DNA of 64,000 nucleotides, taken from positions 186,001 through 250,000 of the forward strand of contig OZ287712.1 in NCBI GenBank assembly GCA_965649825.1, given 5' to 3'. Source of the stretch: Penicillus capitatus. Taxonomy: Eukaryota; Plantae; Chlorophyta. Made by a program: the position numbers and the translations under genes. Under the pieces are notes generated by a model, which was not told the DNA's origin, did no database searches, and saw nothing but the letters and a program-made list of their open reading frames with translations. Below are positions 52,401 through 64,000 of this stretch, one piece after another (the first letter of the stretch is position 1; every line of letters begins with the position of its first letter).

Positions 52401-55400
52401 TCTTCCGTGGATCCACACTTAGCGATCTTGAGTCCATTAGCTGCAAGATTTGTCCACTGAGTGAGCCAAATGCCTCCGCCACGCATCGCTTTCGAGCCCG
52501 TCAGCGAAGTATTTAAGATAATCAACGAACTGTTACTACCCGATTGGATTGATCCCCCTTCAAGTGTAGCCTTGTCATCTGTGAAATCGGACTCTGTCAA
52601 TTGCAACCTGGAGTTATACACAGCGATGGACCCTGCAACGTTTGCCTGGTTCTCTTGAAATCGAGTCAGACTTGCATTCATTTCAGAATTCGCCATAAAA
52701 ACAGCGCCTCCGGCCAAAGTTGCCGTGTTGTTCTTGATAGTGGAGTCATGAAAGAACACTTGTGTTTGTGCGTCAATGAAGAGGCAGCCTCCGATGTACG
52801 CTATGTTGTCGCGGAGATAACACTTCGTCATGTTGACGATGCTGGATGCTTCACCATGCAGGAAACCTCCTTCAACTGCTGCTTCATTGTCTACGACCGT
52901 TCCACCAATGACATGCAGTTCCCCTTCACGAAGGTGAACGCCACCAGCATATCTCTGTGCACGATTAGACGATATTCTGGAATTCTCGAGAACAACTGTG
53001 CTGTTACTAGAAACACTGATTCCTCCACCATTCGTGGAGGCACTGTTGGACTCGACGATGCAAGTCAGCAAGTGCGCCACCGTCCTGCTTTGAACATCCA
53101 GAGCCCCACCGTTTGGAGCCGAATTGGATTGCAAGAAAGAATCGGACAGATTGAACAGCGTTCTGCTCGAGCAACTGATTGCTCCTCCTCCTTCATCAGC
53201 AGTGTTGCTTCGGATGGTTAGATAACTGGCAGACACGTCGCAGTTGACCAAATCGAAGGCACCTCCAGAACTGGTAGCACGGTTGGACAAAAACAGGGAG
53301 TCTAAGATCGTAGTCTCGCTCTGATCGCACGCAAAGCCACCTCCTCCTTTAGCAGCTATGTTTTCTGTGAAGTTCACTTTACGAAAGGAAGTGGGAACAC
53401 GTGTGACGTGCACTCCGCCACCCGATCCAGCGGTATTCTGTGATACGAAGCATTCTTTCAGGCTGATTGTTGCGTCCAGAGCATCAACACCTCCTCCAGA
53501 GATTTCTGCGCTGTTTTCGACGAAACTATCATCATCCACATCTGCCTCTGCATTCTCAACCATCAAGCCAGCACCTTCACTGGCCTCGTTTCCCAGATAG
53601 TTGCATCTGCGAGACTCAATGCTGGAGTTTTTGACTGAAAGTCCTCCTCCTTTCACTTGAGCAGAGTTCGCTGACCATGTCACTTCTTCCAGACGAGCGT
53701 TGCTTTCCTCGCGGATCTCTGCTCCGCCACCGTCGAGGGTAGCGTTGTTGCCAGAGAAGACGCATCGGCGGACGAGAAGATCGTCTGAGGAGCTGCAGTC
53801 GAGGCCTCCGCCCGTCCTGGCAGAGTTATTGTTCACTGTGCATCTGATAAGTTCCATCTGAGCGGATGCGGAGAGGAAGATGCCTCCTCCCTTGTCTCGC
53901 GCGACATTCTCCTCGAAGGTCGTGTCCACGATCTTGCTCTCCGAAACTTCATCGAGGTGAATGGCACCGCCGTTGTCTGCACTGTTCTTCGTCATAACGG
54001 ATCCGCGGACGACGAGATCTTCAGATGCAGTTGTCTGCAGACAACCACCGTCTCTAGCCGTGCTGTTGCTGCAGTCCAGTGCAGATATCCTCGACGAGCT
54101 GCTCTCCGTAAGGAGAATGGACCCTCCTCTTCCCGATGCATTGTTGTTGCGGAAGATGGAGGAGATCAGCTCCAGGATGCCATTGGAGACAAGGAGAGCG
54201 CCTGCGTCCGTTGTAGCCGCGTTGTCTTGGAAGGAGCAGCCGTCGATCGTCAGATTTCCGTCGAAGGAGGCGATGGCGGCCCCGTTCTCTGCGGCATTGG
54301 ACGTGAAGCTGCAGTTGGAGACTGAGAGGTTCTGTGTGAAATTCGACAGGATGGCAGCTCCAGAGAACAGAGCGGAGTTCTCGCGGAACGAACTGTCGAC
54401 GACACTGGCTGCTTGAACACGGTCCAGCAGGAGAGAGGACTCTGTGGAGGTCCGGATATCGGCATTCCTCATGTCCAGGCTGCCTTCCACGACGCGGATT
54501 ACGGAGAGCCCGTTTGAGCTTGCGGTCAGATCTTTTACTGATAACGATGAACCTGGCGGAGACGACATCAATGATAACGTCGGGCCTTCTTCTGATAATC
54601 TTGTGTTCCTCCGAAGCCGAAGTCCTCTCAGATCGTTCTCCAGTGCCAGTCCGGCAAAGCACTGATCGCCGCAGGTATTGTTCGTGAACACGACATCGTT
54701 CATCTCCACAAAAGAGCACGACGAGTTGGAAGCAGAGAGGCCACTGGCTCCATTGAGCGAATTGCGCCTGAATGTCACGTGGTGCAGACTGATCTTTCCC
54801 GGAGGACTCTCCTGGAGACAGCTGTCAACCTGGATAATGGATGCGCCTTCTGTGTCCAACGAACAGCCGCGAAAGACTAAATTGGCGAGGAGCACACTGT
54901 GAGACCTGCGCAGTCATAACAGTCAGTCGCTTTGCTGGATTGGAAATTGATGTGGCTGGATCTACCTTATGTGAAGGATCCCATCTTCTGACGGACATCT
55001 GAATCGAACTTTCCGGTCTGCCTTCGGGAAGATGCCATCGACGAGATCGGTTGATGGGACGTAGGAGCTCAGAGTGAGATTCCAAGGCACGACAACTCGA
55101 GCAGGCACTCGTATCTCGTCTTCGACATTCAGTAGGATGACATCGTTCTCTCTGGTGCAGTTGATAATGACACCGAGGTCTTCCGCTACGCCTTCCAGTG
55201 CCCTCGAGTCAATCAGCCACGTCCTTGTCTCTTCGTCCAACAGATCTGAGATCTCCTGCCGCGTCAACTGACACTCCGTATCTGATTACACCATACACAG
55301 CTTTAGTGGGATCAAGGTGCCGGTCGTACCACCTTCAGCAGCAGCAGCACGGGATCCTCTTTGCAACAAATCGCGGATAGTCGAAGGTTCCTGAGAACAA

Positions 55401-55887
55401 ATATGTTCTCTGCTATCCTCCGAGTGATGACGAAGGGACATTAGATACCTGAGCAGTTGTATCTGCACCGATCACCTTTTGCGTCCGTTCTTGAAGGCGT
55501 TCTCCGCGGACATCTGGCAAAACGCGCACATAATTAATCACTGTTAATTGAACCAAGCAGCGAGAATGCAATGCAGCGTATATGTAAAGTGATGACCATG
55601 GCAATTCGTCAGTTTAACATAGTTTTCCTAGGCGATCGGGATTTCTCTGACTCACTTGCGAAAGCATGGGGCTCTACGAAAGTGATCTGGATTTCTCCCT
55701 CGGACTGCGCTGTGGCTAGCGCAGATGTTAGAAGGACAAAGCAAAGAAATGTTGCCATAGGACATCCATGTTCTTTGACAGCAGAAGGCATCTCCCTCAA
55801 TCTGTCGCTGCGGTTGTCAGGTTTGTCTTTGTGCGTCGGAAGACTAGATCTGGCAGAGATTCTTTTCGGCTTTCTGGTTCCGTCCAT
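49448..55887 (-). CDS. Large polytopic surface protein, copy 2 (paralog of 29584-36010)
   Basis: Same exon structure, with 895-, 353- and 358-codon ORF-track segments and intact frames. Confidence 0.88.
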
Positions 55888-57249
55888 TCTAGTCCACGTG
55901 TCTTTCTCGCCAAGAGAATCCGAACAAAAAACGACTTAAGCGAGTGGGAAACGAACTCCAGCGCTTAAGTAGTCGCTGTAGACGCAGCTTCGGGGGAGCG
56001 GACGACGAAGTTGACTAGGTATGAAGTTGACAGGTAGTGACCAGCGAAATAGCCGAGAACGTAACACCTGTCTGTCTGCGTTTGGCTTTGACCGCGGGAG
56101 CCGTATCCATTTGCCAAAAAGTCGCCTTGTCACCAAATCTGCAATACCACGACGGAATCTAGTGTAAACGGACAGCTAAGTTGTCTTGAAAAAGCCTGCT
56201 GCAGATATACGTTGTCATTCCACACTCATTGCCGAGTACTACTGATACCATCTGTACCTGTGTTATGCTCGCTGTTCATCTTTGCTCTCCTGCAAAAACT
56301 CTATCTAGATGACGATGTCGCATACACATTAGACAAAATCGCCTCACGGAGACAAAAATTCGTCCATTTGCGTCTGAAGGTGTTTAGCTGCCGTGCCTAA
56401 GATCGCGTTTGCTCGTCCAACTGCGTCGCTGTGGAAGTGACGGCACTAGGTGAGCAAAACTGGTTAGTCCTCGTTCAAAGAAACGTAACGTGCGCGTCAG
56501 TCAGTACACGAAGGAACGTCTGTCTGCTTTGTGGACGACGCGTTTCGTCTCGCTGCCGACCCCATCGGCAAGAGAACTACGCAAAGCACCACTTGAATCG
56601 CTATCTACTCCTTGATCCTGTTTGTTCGTTTGTTCGCGGGACACCGGCTCTCATCGTCATGCGAGATCTTCTGTCATCATGCTTGTTGCAAGTCTGAATT
56701 GTCATTTCTAGAAGGTACGAGCATAACTGAGAGGCCACACATGTTAGTGTTCTTTGTGCATCTGAGTAACTGTAACAGCTTTTAATGAGTACCTTAGTTT
56801 ACAGACAGGTTTGTTTTACTTAGCTGGGATTTTTTTCATTCTTAGCTCCATTATGAATGTTAAGATGGATAAAAAGAACGTAAGGGAGTTAACTGCAGTC
56901 TCACTGCGAGAAGGTTTTTTCCTTTACCTTTTTTCTGCGCGAAGAGGCGTGATCGTTCTCTGTGTTTGGATAAAAACTCGTGTTTGGCGAAGACGCAATC
57001 GTTTGCGTTTTCTACGGAGGTCGAACGCAGACCGCTCGAGTACGCACAATGCGGCGCTGGTTGCGGAGTGACAAGATGGTTGGTTGCCTCGGGTCGAGCG
57101 TCAGGGATTACATTCGATCACGTTCGCTGCAAGAGAAGATCGAGTAGACTACTCACGGCGCTAACGTTCTTTTGGACATGATGTCCACGACAGGCGAGGA
57201 GCGGATAAGAGGATAAAGGGCAACTTAACGAATGGCTGGTATGCGGCGT

Positions 57250-57418
57250 GTCACATCATCCACCACGTGGTCCTCATGCGATCTGCAGACTCAGCAGACA
57301 TGCAGCTGTCTGTCAGCGATACAACAAACAAACAGCGCTGCGAACTTCACAACATGCATAACGCCATGCGGAAACCGTGAAGATGTTGTGAACTGCTCGG
57401 GTATATAAGCGACGCAAA
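57250..57418 (+). promoter_or_regulatory. Conserved promoter of secreted repeat-protein gene 2 (TATATAA 57402)
   Basis: Near-identical to 37393-37561. Confidence 0.75.
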
Positions 57419-57506
57419 CGCATTCCTTGCGTAAAGTGTTTATTCCGTGAAACAAACGGCGAAGTCGATTCGTAAGCACTGTCCCTTCGCCGTGTTGACC
57501 TTAGTC

Positions 57507-58216
57507 ATGAAACGATCCGTCCTTTGCGTTGTGAGTCCCGCCAACCTCGCGTGTGTTAAAATCGCCACCTGACTGACGGCGCGTTGTCTGTTGCAGATCG
57601 TCGTCGTTTTGTGTTTCGCTTCATGCGACGGTAACCTTCGAATGCGAAATGCGTCATAGTGTTGGAAGGGGATGTGTTTTTCTTAGCGTCGCGAGTCGGA
57701 ATGGGAAGTATCGTGGGTAAAGGTGCTATCATGGGAAAAGCAGTGGACGCCGAATTCCGTGGAAGGGACTTATTGCAAAGCCCCAGCGAGCCGCAAATGG
57801 CTCCTCCTCCATCCACCTCCGCCAGCCTCGAAGTTACCGCCGCTGCCTCAGATGCCAACGCTACCGCCGCTGCCTCAGATGCCAACGCTACCGCCCCTGC
57901 CTCAGATGCCAACGCTACCGCCCCTGCCTCAGATGCCAACGCTACCGCCACTCTCTCTGCTTCAGCTGCCGCCCCTGCCTCAGATGCCAACGCTACCGCC
58001 ACTCTCTCTGCCTCAGATGCCAACGCTACCGCCACTCTCTCTGCCTCAGATGCCAACGCTACCGCCACTCTCTCTGCTTCAGCTGCCACCCCTGCCGCCA
58101 CTCTCTCTGTTTCAGCTGCCACCCCTGCCGCCCCTGCCTCGGATGCCAACGCTACCGAAATTGGCGCAGCAGAATTCACCACGGCAGACGTCGATTGTCC
58201 ATTTCTCTGCAAGTAA
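57507..58216 (+). CDS. Small secreted Ala/Thr/Ser-rich repeat protein, copy 2 (195 aa, 3 exons)
   Basis: Exons 57507-57530, 57597-57630 and 57687-58216 give the signal peptide MKRSVLCVIVVVLCFASCDA, then GRDLLQ, ASDANATA repeats and VDCPFLCK*. Confidence 0.82.
57838..58156 (+). repeat. Coding minisatellite (cctgcctcagatgccaacgctaccgcc-type 27-33-nt units)
   Basis: About 8 copies of (c/g)gatgccaacgctac are interleaved with actctctctg and cagctgcc sub-units. Confidence 0.9.
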
Positions 58217-58893
58217 TGTTTCATTACGAACAGAGTAACGTTTCATCCTATCAGGCTTGGCGGGGTTGAGGAATTTGCCTTGTTGCGATTTTCTAGCTTG
58301 ACTAGAATAACGTTTCATCAAGGCAGGTTTGCCGGAGCCAAGGTTATTCTGTCGCCATTAAAAACAAGGCAAATGTGCAAAATAGTGAAACGCTGGTCGC
58401 TTATTTCAGAACTCCCTTTAAGCGGTTTTTTGATACATGGGATTCAAGTCCATAACGACAACACTATTGGCGCCTCATTGTACAGAAGACGTGTCTGTCA
58501 TGACGTCGACGAGAGTGTCGATTCGATAATAACGTGGCTCGATTGTTCGAACACGTGTTCGCATTTTGTTCAACTTAGATGACGTTTTCAAATCATTTGC
58601 GCCAATGTCTGACGCTGACGTTTGAAAAGGGCGCCATCGTTTGGAAGGACCACACATCGTTTGCTAGAGCCCGTGTCTCGACGGGCAGCAGGGCAAGAGC
58701 TCTTGGACATCCCTCCGTCAAGTTTTCCCTTGTATCTCCATCTCCTTAAGATCATCAGAAGAAGTGCTGAAAGGGCACGATGCCGATTCTTCGTTCCGGC
58801 TGCCGCAAGCTACCATCCTGCAATTCTTCTCTCTCGCTCCGTCTTCATCACCCTCTCACTGCTCCTCCCTTTCCAGTCTGTCTCCGATAGCAT

Positions 58894-59077
58894 TGTCACC
58901 ATCAGGAAGCTAAAGAAGAAGGGGGAACTGAAGATGAAGGGAACATCATGACATGAAGCATGACGCAATCATAACGTCATGCGCGAAGGGGCATATAAAA
59001 AGGGGGTTTATGATACACGATACGATCCTTTTTGAAAAACCTTTCTGTTCGTTTAAAAAACGCTTTCGCACGTAACA
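58894..59077 (+). mobile_element. Solo LTR (184 bp) of a family related to the 24066-28581 element
   Basis: TGT...ACA termini with 4-bp TSD GCAT (58890-58893 and 59078-59081). It shares catgacatga.gcatgacgcaatcat, catataaaa.ggggg and aaaacgctttcgcac-like blocks with the full element's LTR. Confidence 0.85.
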
Positions 59078-59497
59078 GCATGCACCATCCAAACGTCCCC
59101 TTCTTCAGCTACGACACAGGCGTCCCTCCACGAAACGCTCAAATCCGAGACGTTTGCCAATCCGGTGTCATCATTCAGCAACTCCACTCACAAAGAATGC
59201 CTATTCTACAGGTCGCCGAGAAAGGTCGACTGCGGAATGGCGTTAGATGCGAATTCACAATGCTTCTCTTTTAGTCCGTTCTTTGAAGTCCAACGCCACA
59301 GGAGGCATGTCACACGCCAAATCTTCTAACGCTTTCGCATACAAATCACCTACCCTTCACGCTTGCGCCAGGCGTTCGAGAGCCGCTTGGACGATACAGA
59401 CGGCACGATCATCAATGTCCCACCCATCGTCACGTTCAAAGCCAAGATACCCCAGAACAATCTCATACAGCCAACCACGGTGTTTTCCCACTTATTT

Positions 59498-62400
59498 GCA
59501 GCTCAGGCCTCCGCGCCTGTAGCGCCTTGGCTCATCCTTCTCAGCGAGCCGCGCGTGTCTTTCTTCTGCGGGTCGGCGTAACGAGTTCGGACTCCCCGCA
59601 TCTGCCGCGGTATCGCAAAGCACCCCAAGCTTGATATGAGAAGCGTACGACAAGAACGATGGTCCTGTTCGTCTCGCCGAGAGAGAATTGCGCATGCCGT
59701 TCTGCCCGGAGCAGTTGGCCGTCGTGCTGAGAAGACGGACAAATGCGGCGTTTTTCGGGTGCGGCAGGGAGCAGACCGCCTGGAGATCATGGCCATGAAG
59801 ACGCGTCGACCGCTTTTCGTGATCGTCGCGGGGGACGCGCATTGTGGAAGCGAGTTCAAAAAACGGCTGCGATGCTTAAAGATCAAACATTAACAGGTAA
59901 CCGGACTGTTCCAGAGGGTCATGCAAAATCTCCAGAACTCGTGCCGGAAAGAATGCGATCGGCTTCTCGTCGTTAGGCGACGCTTTCTGGGCAGTAGCCT
60001 CTCACCCAGCTTGGTGCGAGGACTAAGTCGGTTGGACGGTAATAAAATCCCCTGCATAAACCGGATTCCAAATCGTAGTCCCACGCTGCAAGCTCTACAT
60101 ACAGCCAGTCACGTATGATAGTTGACTAAATAGATTCGGTAACTAACCTTGCGAATCACATACGATTGTGATGCATTCGGACAAATCATCCGTAACGATC
60201 TTGTAATCAAGGTCGGCATCGAATCTCTGACCATCATCAGTGACTTCACATACGACAGACACCTCAGTGAACATGGGGTTTTGTCACACAGCTATTCATT
60301 CATACTGTATTGTTTGACAGGTTCTTCTTTCAGGAAGAGTTTGCCGACGACGTGGCCATTCTCGTCGACGACCGACTTGGCGGTCGGGCGGTAAGCAGTC
60401 GCCTACAGAACACAAGACAGTCACCACGGAGGGTTGCTGCAGTGGGGATCTTGCTGCATAGAGGCAGAGGAGAGCGGCGAAGAAGAACAGAGCTGCGTTG
60501 GCAGACATGGTGTCCGAGACGAAGTCCGGAGAACCTGAGAGAGACAGATGCACAAACGCGTAAAGGGAAGTGGCGATGGTCGAGAACTCTGCTGGAATTT
60601 ATACCTTGAAGCTACAGTCAGCGGCCTGAATTCAGACAGCATGCCAGAAGCGACGCGTCCGAATTCGGCAGTGCCTCGTTGGCCGACGAACGCATTTGCC
60701 AATTCGGTCGCATCCGTCGCCCGCGAACCAGCAGCTGCTGTCGCATGGAGAGCTTTCTGAGGATGCATTCGGCAACAGCCACGATGTGACTTGCTCTGGC
60801 GCGCATGTGCCGAACGGTTTGCCTCCATTTCCCTCCCAGCGCGAACCGAGGCAGTCTGTCTGCGAAGGCGAAACGCGGACGACCGCCTTCTGCGTTCGCT
60901 GCGAGACAGAGAGGGGCTAATAGCTTTCTCAACGAGGACTTGGCCGACCGCCCGGACGCAAGGACGCTGTGTCCTGTTGCCATTTCTCGCCGATGCCACA
61001 GTTACCGAGAATGGCTTAGACGGCACGAACGAATGACTGCTCTCTCGCTGTCCGCGGCGGCAGGCAGGAGGTCTAGACGAGAAACACACCCTAGATAAAA
61101 AGATGATCTACGCCGCCGATGACCGACGTGTCACCTGCGCGATGTTCGAAGACGCGCGTAGAAAACGGACACTTCCCAGCTTGTCCGTACCGTCTGCTGC
61201 ACTGCGACAGGCGCATCTTCGACGGGAGAATCGGCGTCGGCGAAAAACTCATCCGTCCAGAAGGATGGACGGGACTCAGAAATTCTGCCGCGATCCCTCG
61301 TTTAACCACGCCGGTTTGCAGACGAATGACTGGCCGTCTGCTCAGGCCGAGTCCGGACGCCGCGTCTGCGAAGCGCCTTTTGGCAGTCGGCGCGGTCATC
61401 TGTCCGTCTGGTCAATGACGGCGCCGTCCTAAGCAACGGACTCCGAGCAGCGCGACAGCGCGTTCTCGCGTTTTCGGCGGACGAGAACGGACGTCTTGCC
61501 GCGTCGATCCTTCTCCCGCACCACACGCGCATCTCCCATGCGAATGACACGAGAAAGATCGCGAATGAAGGCGTGGCACGTACGCAGGAGATCGTGGACC
61601 AAGGTCATCCGATGACCGAAGGAGCGGCGCACCGAGCACAACGGCCTTTTCTCAGACCACATTGCAGCTCTTTGGAGGCAGGGGACGGCGAATCCTCGGT
61701 TCTGTCGGAAACGGGTAGCCGCTGTCTTGAGACGCGCGTAGACGACGAGGCTGGCGTGCGATGTCCGTGAATACGCGAAGGTCATCTCACCGTAACCCGA
61801 ACCAGACGCGTTCCAGTCCAGACGGCACACGTCGGCAGAGCGGCGTCGGAGTCGCGGCGCCGAAGGAGATTCCGCAGTGAACGCCGACCCCTCGAGAATC
61901 CCGCTCTGACGGCACGCGAGCTGCCACGGGACTGCCGATTCCCACATGTCGAGGCGGTGGTGAATGGGAGTCGTTCAGCTGCAGCATTACTCAACATGTG
62001 ACGGCTGCTGACATGTTCTTTCATCCTGCTCGGCGACATCAGCTTCGACGCGCCCTGTCCGGTATGTAAGTCCGGAGTCTCTGCATTGCATGTGTTCTTT
62101 GTACAGGTAGGTCTGTGTCTCTTGGCAGTTCATTTGACTGTCGTACTTCGGTTGGGATCGGCCAGGAAGCTAGCTGTTTCGCCGAACAGGCGCATGATGG
62201 ACCATGCAATCTCGTTCCCTACACTGGACCTAGAATCATCACTCTTCGTGCTCATACCTCGGTCGCGGTGCCACACATCCATGTGACTCTGATAGGAACA
62301 TCTGTCCACTCACACATGGCTGGCAACGTCCCTCGTTTGGGTGGTCTCTTGTGACAGGCATCGCAGCCGGAGAAGGAAAGTCGATGAAGACGTTAAAGAC

Positions 62401-64000
62401 AGATCGAAGTGGATCGTATCATGTGCGGTCGCCAAATACTGCATCTGACAGATGCATGGTCTCCTGACGAGCAGCGAAAGCCAAGATGCCTTCTCTCAGT
62501 GACCGAGGTCGCCGAACTCGACTCGCCTGTTCCTCATTGGCAGTCAAGATTCGCACTGTCCTGTCGAGGGCAGGAATGCTGTCGCCGATCTCATCTTTGG
62601 ATTGCCGTCGAAGAACCCTGTTTCTGGAGCAGTCGGAGACGGCATCCTCCTGATAGGCATGTGATGAGTGATTGTCTCACAGATCCCTCTCGATCGGAGA
62701 GAGGACTTCTGTAGCCTTGGAGAGCCAACGAGTCAGGTGATGCTGTGCTGAGTCACTCTGGTTCAGCGATGTGACAGGACCAGAGTTGTGTGAGAGTTCA
62801 TGATTCAAGGGAGAGATCGCGGCATCGCTGTCCGAGCGATCAGGAAATGCGCATCTCGCGTGTGACTTTGACGATCTCTGGATGGCAGAGTCTCCGAATC
62901 CAGCAGATGATGTGACAACAGCAGCCGGATCGGACCCTCAAGACTTCAGATGCAGAGGATCTCAGCTGGTTGCCGGAGTCTGTGAGAATCCGTATCCGCT
63001 TGCAATTGTAGAGAAGTCGAGCAGCCTCGATCAGACGCCGTCAGTGACCTCTCTCAGCGCGGGACGTGCCACCGGTCCTACCAGACAGCAGACGCGTGGA
63101 GGATCGACCTCAGAGTTCGATCTCATCGTCTCGGTTGCGCAGCTCTCCTGCTCCAAGCGAAGACGCCTGTCAGCAGCATGCCTGCACGCCGCGATGAGAT
63201 TTCACCTGGGCTCTATTCCCGGCCAAGTCAGTCGTTCCGGCACCACCAGTTTCTACCCTGAACTATTTCTGGTCTGCTTGTCATGGATGCGGTGCTGCCA
63301 CCCGTATCATAACAGCAAACGCGTGCTGACACGTTTTCTGGCCTCACTTTCGTGGATATCTCATTTATCTGGAGTCTGGTGCTTTCCTCTGACTTTCTTT
63401 CCTTTAACCTAACTGGCCCAAAAAAGCCTCCAGCTCCCAAAATTCTCGCGTCCAATTTCGGAAATAGACAACGATGTGACTGGATCCGGTGCGCGCGGCA
63501 CCCACTCTACGGTTAGCGACCATTCGCCTCCCACCGCCTGCGGAGGCGGTCGCTCGACGAAGCGGGAGCGTTACCCAGCCCTCGCATGGCCACGACGGAA
63601 AGGGAAGAGAGCTGCGCTCACGCCTCTCGTGAAGCGTGCCGAGCTCTCGGACGCGACGACGGAGTCTCTCGCTCCATCCTTCGCCGGTAGACAGCGCGAG
63701 AGGATGCGTCACATGCCACGGAGGCACAGACCTCGTTCGCGCTCCTTGGCGGGCAGCAAGAGATCGTTTCGACGAAAGGCCAACGCCTCGAGGGAGATCC
63801 ATTTCGTCGGTCGGCCAGCGCGCCGCCCTTCTTGGACATTTAAGATCGGACCGAGAGACCAAGACACGCGCGAAAGACCGCCGATTCTCGCGCCGCTTGC
63901 GGAAGGAGGTCGGGGAAGCACCTTCCTATCTGCTCGCACACGCGATGCGCTGCTGAAGCTGGAAGTGTTGACAATGTTACACGAGTCCACCAGAGAACAA
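59498..64000. repeat. Tandem segmental repeat unit 3 (truncated by window end; only the GC-rich ~5 kb segment visible)
   Basis: Collinear with 18784-23290 and 40541-44760. Confidence 0.92.

Larger units (their letters stand above)
40541..59497. repeat. Tandem segmental repeat unit 2 (~19.0 kb)
   Basis: Collinear with unit 1. It lacks the retrotransposon and has an extra 2.9 kb at 45414-48309 and a solo LTR at 58894-59077. Confidence 0.9.

Noticed and set aside
57723-58238. Extensin-like Pro-rich ORF (LPPLPQMPT repeats), and 37747-38196
   Set aside because: Alternative frame of the minisatellite. Intron phases and the signal peptide connect to the Ala/Thr frame in both paralogs.

Overview
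Eukaryotic nuclear DNA from a green alga (chlorophyte). The standard genetic code is used, and introns are very short (most about 44-66 nt, GT-AG, one GC-AG). The window has two halves. (1) 1-18.5 kb is a gene-dense housekeeping block: RRP8, PsbP, LeuC, phosphoglucomutase, a pseudo-response regulator, a BTB-like protein, a PotD-like polyamine-binding protein, an RluA pseudouridine synthase, WTAP/FIP37, lycopene epsilon-cyclase, a frameshifted FKBP and a glutathione peroxidase. (2) 18.8-64 kb is a tandem array of a ~19-22 kb unit starting at 18784, 40541 and 59498, with the third copy truncated by the window end. Each complete unit holds a ~5 kb GC-rich segment with no intact ORF, a ~1,950-aa polytopic surface protein (Pmp-like beta-helix + Cys-rich stalk + multi-TM domain) on the minus strand, and, head-to-head with it, a small secreted Ala/Thr-rich repeat glycoprotein. 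Unit 1 carries a very recent Ty3/gypsy insertion with identical LTRs, a 4-bp TSD and a deleted integrase N-terminus. Unit 2 carries a solo LTR of a related family. The best candidate for an undescribed system is the tandemly amplified, co-diversifying receptor-like/secreted-glycoprotein gene pair. All exon structures were inferred by eye, and no database searches were run.
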